From assembly GCA_031372065.1 (NCBI GenBank), contig JANMKN010000198.1, positions 1-38,732 on the forward strand: a stretch of 38,732 nt of DNA, written 5' to 3'. This document shows, piece after piece, positions 8,519 to 16,980 of this stretch (the stretch's first letter is position 1; every line of letters starts with the position of its first letter). Position numbers and translations under genes: made by a program. This DNA is from Abditibacteriaceae bacterium (GTDB lineage Bacteria; Armatimonadota; Abditibacteriia; Abditibacteriales; Abditibacteriaceae). The notes under the pieces are model-generated. The model did no database searches. It was not told where the DNA came from and worked only from the letters and a program-made list of their open reading frames with translations.

Positions 8519-10528
8519 ATGTTAAGCCCCGGAAAGCGTGGCGCCTCGCAGGATTCCCAAGGGAAATCCAACGGCGATTCTCCGCACACTCCCAGAAAAA
8601 TCTCCTCTCCAGCGGGCGGGGTTACCCTGCCCGGCCAACGCAGCCAATGGCGTTCTGCCGCCGAGCGTTACGAAGTCATCGGACGCGCCGGCGAAGGCAC
8701 GCTGTTCGCCGTTTATCGCGTGAAAGATCGCGAAAATGGCCGCATTTTCGCGCTCAAGGCCCTCAAAAACGCCTTTGTTCAGCATCCGCGCCTGACCAAT
8801 GCGCTGGCGCGAGCGCTGGAAAATCTGCTGCCGCTCAATAACCCTTATTTGGCGCGCGTTTCCGATGTCGGGCTGGCCGAAGGCACGCTTTATTTCGTGC
8901 AGGAATGGTTGCAAGGCAGCCCTTTTGAAGACCGCTTGCGCCAGGCGCCTTTGCCGCCCAATGAAGTGCTGCTTTACACGCGCCAAATCGCACAAGCGGT
9001 TGGATTTTTGCACCAAAGCGGCCTCTCGCATGGCGATTTACGCCCGCGCCAAATTTGCCTGACTTCCGACACGCAATTAAAAATTTCCGATGCCGGTTTG
9101 GGCAGCGCGCTGCACGAAGCGGGCATCATTCCCTTCGACATCCAGCAGGATACCGCCTTTTATTTGCCGCCCGAACGCTTCGATGGCGCGCCGCCTTCGG
9201 CAGCCTCCGATTATTACGCGCTTGGCGTGTTGCTTTATCGTATGCTGACTGGGCGCGTGCCGTTCGACGGCACCTCACCTTTGATTATCGCCGCGCGTCA
9301 CCGCCACGACGCGCCCATGCTACCCACGCAATTCAATCCCGCGTGCCCCCCAGAACTCGAAGAATTGTGCCTTGCCTTGCTCCATAAGCATCCACAGCGG
9401 CGTTTCCAACTCGCCGGGGAGCATTTGCGACGCATGGGGATAGGCGGTTCGCCGGTTTATCAATCGCCTTATACCGCGCTGACGCCGCCGGGCATTCAAG
9501 TCGAAGAAACCGCGCCCGTAACCGCGCATCTGGCGCCGACCGTTGAGGAAATTGACGAGGAATTCGTCGAAGAAATCGAAGAACTGCCCGTTTCACGTCG
9601 TGGCGCCCAAGAAGCGGAAGCGCCCATTGCCGAACAAGCAATGGATTTAAAATTAGCCCGCAAAAAGCAGCGGCGGCGAGAATTCGGTAGCGCATTGCTG
9701 GCGTTGTTCTGGATGCTTGTTTCGTTGGGCCTGCTCTTTGGCATGGGCTGGTTCGCTTATACCTCGTGGTTGGCCGAAATTCCCCAAGACGTGCAAGTGC
9801 CCAAATATACCGGCCTCAATCGCTACGCCGCCGAGCGCGTGTTGAATAAAGCCGGTTTAAAATTGCGCGTCGGCAGCGAAAAATTTAATCCCAAAATCGC
9901 CGAAGACACGATTCTCGACGGTTTCCCACCCGCTGGCAAGTTGGTGCGACAGGGCCGCGAAGTGACCGTCGTGCTTTCCAAAGGCGAAGAACCGATCACA
10001 TTGTATGATTTCAACGAGCTTTCGCTAACGCGCGCCCGCCAAATCATCACGCGCGATGGAATGCGCCTCGGACAGGTCACCGAACAATTTGCTGACCGTG
10101 TGCCGCCCGGTTACGTTTGCAATCAATATCCCGCGCCGGGCACGCCGTTTCGCCGTTCGGAGCCGATCAACTTGACCATCAGCAAAGGCCCGGCGCCGCG
10201 CGAAGACATCGAAACCAGCGAGCCGCTGCCGCCCCCACCGCCCCCGGATGTGCTGCCCGAAGACACGCAATCCGAAGATGCGCCCTCGGCGGGCGTGCCG
10301 ATGATTTCGCGCTCGATTCAAGTGCGCGTTGTGCTGCCCAAAACCGGCCCGGCGCAGGAAGTCAAAATCGTGGTCAACGATTCCAGCGGCGAAGACGTGG
10401 TTTATCAAGAAACGCATCAACCCGGCGATTTAATTGACGAAACCGTGCGCGTGCGCCGCGAACAAGGCGCCACCGCCCGCGTGCGCATCTATGTCGGCGG
10501 CAAGTTGTATAAAGAGAATAGGGTGTGA
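8519..10528 (+). CDS. PknB-like Ser/Thr kinase-fold protein with TM helix and two PASTA domains (catalytic motifs degenerate)
   Basis: RYEVI, ALK, HGDLRP, KISDAG, YLPPE and [15 protein letters not shown], then a TM helix and PASTA-like repeats (VPKYTGL..., Q.PAPG...I.L.ISKG). Confidence 0.9.
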   Translation: MLSPGKRGASQDSQGKSNGDSPHTPRKISSPAGGVTLPGQRSQWRSAAERYEVIGRAGEGTLFAVYRVKDRENGRIFALKALKNAFVQHPRLTNALARALENLLPLNNPYLARVSDVGLAEGTLYFVQEWLQGSPFEDRLRQAPLPPNEVLLYTRQIAQAVGFLHQSGLSHGDLRPRQICLTSDTQLKISDAGLGSALHEAGIIPFDIQQDTAFYLPPERFDGAPPSAASDYYALGVLLYRMLTGRVPFDGTSPLIIAARHRHDAPMLPTQFNPACPPELEELCLALLHKHPQRRFQLAGEHLRRMGIGGSPVYQSPYTALTPPGIQVEETAPVTAHLAPTVEEIDEEFVEEIEELPVSRRGAQEAEAPIAEQAMDLKLARKKQRRREFGSALLALFWMLVSLGLLFGMGWFAYTSWLAEIPQDVQVPKYTGLNRYAAERVLNKAGLKLRVGSEKFNPKIAEDTILDGFPPAGKLVRQGREVTVVLSKGEEPITLYDFNELSLTRARQIITRDGMRLGQVTEQFADRVPPGYVCNQYPAPGTPFRRSEPINLTISKGPAPREDIETSEPLPPPPPPDVLPEDTQSEDAPSAGVPMISRSIQVRVVLPKTGPAQEVKIVVNDSSGEDVVYQETHQPGDLIDETVRVRREQGATARVRIYVGGKLYKENRV

Positions 10529-10662
10529 AATCAGCCGTTTTTTATAGAACGCAAATTGCCGCAAATTTTTCTTTTGGGAAGCGCCGTCAATAGCCCCTTT
10601 CCCGGCACAGAAAGGTAAACCATCTAAAACTATTTGCGAAAATTCGCGTTCATTTGCGTTCT

Positions 10663-11265
10663 ATGAAAAACGACACTCAAGCCACCAGACTTCAGCAGCA
10701 AATTCAATTTCTCGTCGAAATAGACAAACTCAAACAGATTTTTCGCCAAAGTTCGCTAATGGACGGCACACGTCAGGAAAACGACGCCGAACATTCTTGG
10801 CATTTCGCTATGATGGCGCTGATTTTGGCCGAACACGCCACAGAAACCATAGACGTTCCACGCGTCTTACGCATGGCGCTGATTCACGATATTGTCGAAG
10901 TGGATGCCGGTGATTCCTTCGTTTACGACGACGCGGCAATGGCAACCAAAACCGCACGCGAATTAGCTGCTGCCGAGCGCATTTTCAATTTACTGCCTGA
11001 CGATCAAGCGCGCGAAATTCGCGCTTTATGGGATGAATTTGAAGAAGGCGAAACATCCGAAGCGCGCTTTGCCAACGCCATTGACCGCTTGTGTGGTTTG
11101 CTTTCCAATTATCAATCCGGCGGTGGCGGTTGGAAGCGACATAACGTCAGCGCCACGCGCATTCGTCAGCGCAACCAACACATCCAAGACGGCGCGCCCG
11201 CGCTGTGGGATTTAGCCCAAGAGTTCATTCAAGATGCCGTCAAACAAGGTTGGATAAAAGAATAA
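10663..11265 (+). CDS. HD-domain hydrolase (HD_3-like)
   Basis: EIDKLK, R.ENDAEHSWH, IHDIVE.DAGD and LW.EFE...T.EARFA...DR motifs. Confidence 0.92.
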   Translation: MKNDTQATRLQQQIQFLVEIDKLKQIFRQSSLMDGTRQENDAEHSWHFAMMALILAEHATETIDVPRVLRMALIHDIVEVDAGDSFVYDDAAMATKTARELAAAERIFNLLPDDQAREIRALWDEFEEGETSEARFANAIDRLCGLLSNYQSGGGGWKRHNVSATRIRQRNQHIQDGAPALWDLAQEFIQDAVKQGWIKE

Positions 11266-11313
11266 ACGACACTCAAAATCGATAACTTTCGATAGCGTTT
11301 TGCGTAGTGCGCC

Positions 11314-11529
11314 AATAGTGCGATAGGGTGAATAAATCGTGTGAGTGGTTCAATGAATCGTGCGATAGGGTGAATAAATCGTGTGAGTGATTCAATGAAT
11401 CGTGCGATAGGTTCAGCAAATCGTGTGATTGGTTTAAAGAATCGTTCCACTGGTTCAGCTAATCGTGCGTAGGGTGCGATAAATCGTTCCACTGGTTCAG
11501 CTAATCGTGCGATAGGGTCAGCTAATCAT
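11314..11529. repeat. 21-bp tandem array (about 10 units) with constant AATCGT
   Basis: AATCGT at 11335, 11356, 11377, 11398, 11419, 11440, 11461, 11482 and 11503. The intervening 15-mers are related and partly duplicated. Confidence 0.92.
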
Positions 11530-11532
11530 ATT

Positions 11533-12357
11533 TCACAGCCGATAAATTTCGATAGAGTTCTGTCCCCAAATGCGCGACTGTTCATCACCCGAAAGCGCGC
11601 TGATAAAGTCCGCCACAACATCGTGCCAGCGCGTGTAATCGCAGGCCACAAGGCAAACCGGCCAATCAGAGCCAAACAAAACGCGCTGGGCGCCGAACGC
11701 TTCCAAAACAGTTGCGACATAAGGCCGCAACTGCGCGGGCGTCCACGTTTGGAAATCGGCTTCGGTTACCATGCCTGATAATTTACACGACACATTTTCG
11801 CGCCGCGCCAGTTCACACAAATTGGCGCGCCACGGCTCGATTTCGCCCGCTGAAATGCGCGGTTTGGCGATGTGATCTAATACAAATTTCTGCTGCGGAT
11901 GCCGATCCACCAATTCAATCGCTTTGGGCAGATGTTTTTCCAAAATTAGCAGGTCATAAACAAGGTCAAAGTCGCGCAAAATCGTTAGGCCGCGATGGAA
12001 ATCGGCGCGCTCCATCCATTCCGGCGCTTCGCCCTGCAAAACATGGCGCACGCCCTTGAATTTCGCCTGCGCCACGAGTTCTTCCAGCGATTCGCGCACA
12101 ATTTCATCGCACAGCGGCACCCAACCGACTACGCCTTTGATGAAATCATGTTTTGCCGCCAAATCCAGCAGCCAGCGCGTTTCTTCAAGTGTTTGCCGCG
12201 CCTGAACCGAAACTACGCCCTCCACGCCACATGGCGCAATAATCTGCCGCAAATCTTCCGGCAGAAAATCGCGCCGGATGACGCTCATTTCGTCGCCAAT
12301 CCAGTCATATTCTACGGCCTCGTAACGCCAAAAATGATGATGCGAATCTATTTTCAT
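11533..12357 (-). CDS. Amidohydrolase_2 family protein (L-fuconolactonase-like)
   Basis: IDSHHHFW, GVVGWV, KGVRH, VLDHIAKP, KLSG.VTEA and FGSDWPVC motifs. Confidence 0.92.
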   Translation of the reverse strand: MKIDSHHHFWRYEAVEYDWIGDEMSVIRRDFLPEDLRQIIAPCGVEGVVSVQARQTLEETRWLLDLAAKHDFIKGVVGWVPLCDEIVRESLEELVAQAKFKGVRHVLQGEAPEWMERADFHRGLTILRDFDLVYDLLILEKHLPKAIELVDRHPQQKFVLDHIAKPRISAGEIEPWRANLCELARRENVSCKLSGMVTEADFQTWTPAQLRPYVATVLEAFGAQRVLFGSDWPVCLVACDYTRWHDVVADFISALSGDEQSRIWGQNSIEIYRL

Positions 12358-12470
12358 GGGAAAGGCAGAGTGTTTATAAAAAATGCCCTCTGGAAACATG
12401 ATCCCAGAAGGCACGCGGCGGGTGGAATACCCTTACTTCTCAACAAAACGAAAAATAATAGCGTAAAAAA

Positions 12471-12512
12471 TCGGGATGGCCGGATTTGAACCGACGACCT
12501 CCTGACCCCCAG
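12471..12512 (-). pseudogene. 3' half of tRNA-Pro(GGG); probable att-site duplication
   Basis: The minus strand reads CTGGGGG TCAGG AGGTC GTCGG TTCAAAT CCGGC CATCCCG A: anticodon loop, T arm and acceptor 3' strand. No D arm or 5' half is adjacent. Confidence 0.88.
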
Positions 12513-12746
12513 TTATGGATGTGCCAAGCGATATTGACACGATTTTAATGCTTATTTCCCGCTCAATTGGGTTCTTCTCTATCCTCAAATTGAGAACAGT
12601 AAGCGCTTGTTTACTGTCGTTTAATAAGTATACTTCCCGCTTTGCTTCTTGGCCTTATTTATATGATTTATGTGCCTCCGCGCAAAGATTGGCTGTGATT
12701 TCGAACCATTAATAATTAGAATTTAAAAGTGGGAATTTCAGATGAG

Positions 12747-12778
12747 TTCGCGGCCTAATAGACTTCGCGGCCTAATAG
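12747..12778. repeat. 15-bp direct repeat TTCGCGGCCTAATAG x2
   Basis: Copies at 12747-12761 and 12764-12778. Confidence 0.85.
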
Positions 12779-12867
12779 TTGGCATCTGTGATTGAATTGA
12801 AAGATAAAAACTAATACGAAATCTCAGGCAAGCACGAGTTCACTGAATCATAAAACGGAGCTGATCA

Positions 12868-14547
12868 TTACAGAGTGTATTGCCAATATGGTTCGGCATT
12901 TATTTCCAAATAAAGTGTGCTATTGGCCGACTCAATCTCTCTCCAGCGATTGGCAGATGCTATCTTTTGGTGAGCTTCGTAAAATGCAGGAGATGTGAGG
13001 ATTTGTCCTTTTTCTGCAATGCCGCTCAAACGAGACGCAAAGATTACCTCTGTCCCTAAGACAGTCTCCTCTTGAAACGCCGTAGGCCCAATATAACCTG
13101 ACGCAATTTTCCCATATCCGATTCCAATACCAATACCTTGAAAGACCTCATTGAGTTCGGGAGTTAAGCTAATTTCTTCTCCAATGATAGAGCAAGCAAT
13201 TCTCATAGCCTGTTCGACCGTTTGCTTAGCAGGCCCTTCTAAGACTATCATTGCGGCGTCACCAATAAATTTATCCAATCTGGCCTGAGGTTCAATCGCA
13301 CGCATACGCCTCACAAATATCTCATTTAACTGATTGGTAAAGTCAACTAAGGCCTTGAGTCCGCCTTCGCGCTGTAACTGGCATGTCGCGGCCGTAGATT
13401 TACGCAGGTCAGCAAAAATAATGCACGCCTCAACCTCACGAGGAGGTTGAAGTGTGGGATGCAGAGTAACCTTCTTTCTATCTCCGATTTCGAATAAGCG
13501 CCAGTTGATGGTGCGGTAAGCTCGCGCGACGTGGTGCAAATATTCCACGGCTTCAAGTTCAATGGATACATGGCCAGAATAATATTTCATACGTTCTGTT
13601 CCCATATATTGTTTAGGAACCTCTTCTAAATAAAACCAAAGGTAATCATCGAAAGATTCTGCCGGATTGAAATAACCAGGAGCAAGGTCTGCGGCATGGT
13701 GAAGGCTATGATCAGATAAGTGAGCACCATAAATTGGCAAAATAAGCTCCTCACCATCCTTGAATTCATGGGGCAACATACGCCCCTCATCATTATCCCC
13801 ATTTTTTCGTTCACCATCTTTGAGAATGAGACAGTGTCCTATATCTAGATTTAGGCCCACCCAATCAGATGTAAGGTAGCCGCGTTGGATAGCATCGTTA
13901 ATTTTGAAACTCAAACGTTTCAGGTGTTCAACGCTGCGTAAAAGGAAACTCTGGCCGGGTTCCAGTTCCAAGGCAATGCCAGAAGTAGGCAAACTGCCAA
14001 ATTGCTCTTTATAAGTATTAGCCACATCTATTAAAGACTGGCGAAGGCGATTTAGTGCCTCATCATCACCGTCAAAGTAGTGATCGTTCTCTTGTAAAAC
14101 TGGCCTTAGTGCTCCTCGATATGAGTAAATACGCCGTCCAGTGCGTATTTGGATGCAAGGTAGCCGTAAACATTCGGCAACGCGTAATAGAGTCACAAGA
14201 GACTGAATCGCAGTTTGACGAGCCGGTGATCCTACAGGTTCAGAGATACCAGGAAAGCTTGTGGTAAACGAAACAACTTTGATGCGTGTGCGAACTTTAT
14301 CTTCTGCTTCAGCAAGTTGTTCCATGAGCCAATTCAGAATTCGGGGAGCATTCGTCAACTCCCACTGGTCGCCATGAAGTTTTGCAACGGGATTTAAACC
14401 TTGGGCCAATTCATGAATATCTGGCATATCGGGCCAATAAATATCCAGTGCGTGGACACCAGCTTCAGCCAAAAGAGCTGCGCTTCTCGCTAATCGGCGA
14501 TTAAAGCACGACGTAATAACAGCTATTTCTCCTGTATTAGTGTTCAT
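12868..14547 (-). CDS. Xylose isomerase/AP-endonuclease-2-like TIM barrel fused to a class III nucleotide cyclase
   Basis: TIM metal motifs IALELEP, LNLDIGH, HLSD and SIELE. Cyclase motifs IIFADLRKST, LDKFIGDA, GIGIG.G and VLG.EV..ASRL...A..GQIL. Confidence 0.85.
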   Translation of the reverse strand: MNTNTGEIAVITSCFNRRLARSAALLAEAGVHALDIYWPDMPDIHELAQGLNPVAKLHGDQWELTNAPRILNWLMEQLAEAEDKVRTRIKVVSFTTSFPGISEPVGSPARQTAIQSLVTLLRVAECLRLPCIQIRTGRRIYSYRGALRPVLQENDHYFDGDDEALNRLRQSLIDVANTYKEQFGSLPTSGIALELEPGQSFLLRSVEHLKRLSFKINDAIQRGYLTSDWVGLNLDIGHCLILKDGERKNGDNDEGRMLPHEFKDGEELILPIYGAHLSDHSLHHAADLAPGYFNPAESFDDYLWFYLEEVPKQYMGTERMKYYSGHVSIELEAVEYLHHVARAYRTINWRLFEIGDRKKVTLHPTLQPPREVEACIIFADLRKSTAATCQLQREGGLKALVDFTNQLNEIFVRRMRAIEPQARLDKFIGDAAMIVLEGPAKQTVEQAMRIACSIIGEEISLTPELNEVFQGIGIGIGYGKIASGYIGPTAFQEETVLGTEVIFASRLSGIAEKGQILTSPAFYEAHQKIASANRWREIESANSTLYLEINAEPYWQYTL

Positions 14548-16040
14548 GATGTCACCTCTGTCCCTTGGTCATCCAAATCCACGATCACTAAGCGATCATT
14601 TTGGATATGTAAAAGGCGCCCGTAGCCTTCCATGCCCTGTTGCACTCCCACATATTTTTGTCCCTCTCGTGCTTCCACGAACACACGAGCAATACGAGGC
14701 ACCTTAGATGCTGGTCGCCTGGGATATTTTGTTGTAGCGTTATAAAAATAAGCCATGTTATATGCCACTGGATTAGCCTCATCCAGTGGCATATTCGTCC
14801 TAGAGAGCGAAAACAGCCACATATAAGAGGGCAACTGGTCTTCTGGGATTAAAATTTTTAGGCTGTTGATGGCAATGCGCATATCGACCGCATCCAACAA
14901 GCCTAATCCAGCAGTCAAAGAACGGCGAAGTCGGCGATAAAAGTGCCTCTTGGACACGAGTTCAACATGCCACGGCAATGTTTCTTGCAATGTATCCATG
15001 TGACAATTTTTGAGAGGGTAGCGGACATCACGAGGCACCACGGCAATAGCAACTGCTTCCTGTTCCTCGCCCTTATCAAACCAAGACATACCTTGAAATA
15101 GCATCGGCCAGGTTGCTTCCAAGTAAGGGCCAACAAACGGATCATGATAAACGAATGTCGCTTCATTATCGTCATTATATCCCGTGCCGATTAAAAGAAT
15201 AGAATGCCTCTCCCACCCCGGTGGAGGTGAGGGATATGCAGGGTAGAGCTTCGCAAAGTCAATATGTAACATAACGGGCAAGCCAGCCTCAATATGCTGT
15301 TGAATAAGAGTAAGAAATTCGGTTGCAGCCTGTAAGTCACTGTGTTCCTCACTTTTTAGCCTTAGCCATGCGATATCTAGACCCCACAAGTTGCAGTTTC
15401 CCTTGCGTAGTATGTTAAGTGAATCGGAAGGACTTAGCCCTTGAGCTTTAATTACGGTAGGCTTAATTGGTTTAGGCCCCCAACCAATACGATCATTGCG
15501 CAAATTCATCCATAATACCATGTCAAGGGAACCTAGAGGTCGCGAGTCGTAAGGTATCATCGTTATCATTGCCATATAAAGGCACGCGTGAGAGCAAAAA
15601 CCGCCGAGAGGGAAGGCTGGCATCACATAAGGCAAACACCAGAAATAAGGTTCTCCATATATCTGCGACAATTCGCGGGCGCCGGGCAGGTTGTAGCGAG
15701 AACTTAACATACGAAAGGGTGGAGCTAAAAAGGCATCAGCGATCGCTGGGATATCAGTATCCCCAGCTTCTCTTGGACGGACGTTGGCATAACCAATATA
15801 ACGCCCATGATGACAAGGGCCATCTTCGAAAAGATGAACGCGGGTAACCCATCGCTCTGGTTGAGGGCGCTGCAAAAATTCCAGCTCATTGCGCCACCAT
15901 TCAGAGGGTGCGCGCCGACAATCGCCAATATGCAGATTTCCATCAAAAGCCTGCTGAAGTAGTTCTGTTACAGTCTCAGCGTGCGGAGGAAGCGATAAGG
16001 TATCTTTTGACTTCTCCAGAGTGTGATAAATGCTTTTCAT
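14544..16040 (-). CDS. Papain-like (C39-type) cysteine peptidase-fold protein
   Basis: Putative triad GFCSHACL (Cys), HSILLIG (His) and FVYHDP..GPY (Asp), plus IEAGLPVML. Overlaps the cyclase start by 4 nt (ATGA). Confidence 0.75.
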   Translation of the reverse strand: MKSIYHTLEKSKDTLSLPPHAETVTELLQQAFDGNLHIGDCRRAPSEWWRNELEFLQRPQPERWVTRVHLFEDGPCHHGRYIGYANVRPREAGDTDIPAIADAFLAPPFRMLSSRYNLPGARELSQIYGEPYFWCLPYVMPAFPLGGFCSHACLYMAMITMIPYDSRPLGSLDMVLWMNLRNDRIGWGPKPIKPTVIKAQGLSPSDSLNILRKGNCNLWGLDIAWLRLKSEEHSDLQAATEFLTLIQQHIEAGLPVMLHIDFAKLYPAYPSPPPGWERHSILLIGTGYNDDNEATFVYHDPFVGPYLEATWPMLFQGMSWFDKGEEQEAVAIAVVPRDVRYPLKNCHMDTLQETLPWHVELVSKRHFYRRLRRSLTAGLGLLDAVDMRIAINSLKILIPEDQLPSYMWLFSLSRTNMPLDEANPVAYNMAYFYNATTKYPRRPASKVPRIARVFVEAREGQKYVGVQQGMEGYGRLLHIQNDRLVIVDLDDQGTEVTS

Positions 16041-16309
16041 TTTTCATAGGCCACGGATCTAATAGGCGTCTAGTCCAATCCGTGTTTTTAGCCCAAGCCT
16101 TTTCTGTTTTCTACAAATAATTCAATTTACCACTAACCTTGTTCGGTTCTTGAAAATCGACTACCCCAGATTATCTACCCAAACTGGCTATTGGCTATAT
16201 AGATAAACATTGAGCGTCATTTTCATTTAATTCTGAACTTAAATACTTGAGTTTGTGCGATGAACCGCATAGCCTCCATTTCGACAATCCTAATCTGGGT
16301 GCTGCACTC

Positions 16310-16346
16310 AAAAAGACGATGTAAGTAGAATAACTAACATCGTCTT
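16310..16346 (-). terminator. Intrinsic terminator downstream of the 74-aa ORF
   Basis: AAGACGATGTAAGT / ACTAACATCGTCTT 14-bp stem with one mismatch, followed by a T run on the minus strand. Confidence 0.65.
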
Positions 16347-16352
16347 AAAAGA

Positions 16353-16577
16353 TTACGACTCGCTGTCGGGTTCTTGTGCGCGAGACAGGAAGGGCGTCAT
16401 TACTCGATCTGCATCGCCGTTCAATGAATCAACGCGCTGATCTTTAACAGCGGCCCGTGCAATTGCGCGCGCGCGCGCCTCAGCAGTCTGAGCCTGATTG
16501 AGCTCTTCTAAGAGCATCCGCCCTGCTTTACTGCCATAAGCGCTCAACACCCATTTTTCATTTATCTCTTTTGCCAT
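16353..16577 (-). CDS. Small hypothetical protein (74 aa)
   Basis: GGAG 6 nt before the ATG, helical composition, and a terminator directly after. Confidence 0.55.
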   Translation of the reverse strand: MAKEINEKWVLSAYGSKAGRMLLEELNQAQTAEARARAIARAAVKDQRVDSLNGDADRVMTPFLSRAQEPDSES

Positions 16578-16980
16578 AACTCACTCCAGTCGAGAATTGA
16601 CCTCTTCTCTTCAAGAAGACGCGCAAAAGATGCGGAAGATCTTTTCAGATTCCTCATTTGTTTGCTGTCTTCCCAAATACATGGTCTTTTGGTTGGGCGG
16701 ATTGTGTGCCACAACTGCTTGTCAATGTCGCCACGCAGGCTTCTGATCTCCAAGTGGACTTACTACAACAAGAAAGCAATTCAGCTTCTTGCGTCACCCA
16801 AAACGTTACACATTACAATCTATACAGCTTGCGTTACTATTATAGCAGGGTCTGGTTGAATGCAACAAGATCTACATCGGGTGATCTAAAAATTTGCTTT
16901 GAAAGCTAACGGTTGTTGGAAACCGTGTTCTTATACGTTGCTGTTTTGTGCCATAGACATTCTTAATTTGAGTATGCCGA

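Noticed and set aside
11314..11529. CRISPR array
   Set aside because: The constant part is only 6 bp, the 15-bp intervals are related or duplicated, and no cas genes are present.
12471..12870. Intact or intron-split tRNA-Pro
   Set aside because: I found no 5' half nearby and the following DNA is island-like; an att duplication is the simpler explanation.
12868..14547. Labelling the cyclase as Pycsar or CBASS
   Set aside because: It is not a CD-NTase fold and no cyclic-nucleotide-binding effector is visible next to it.
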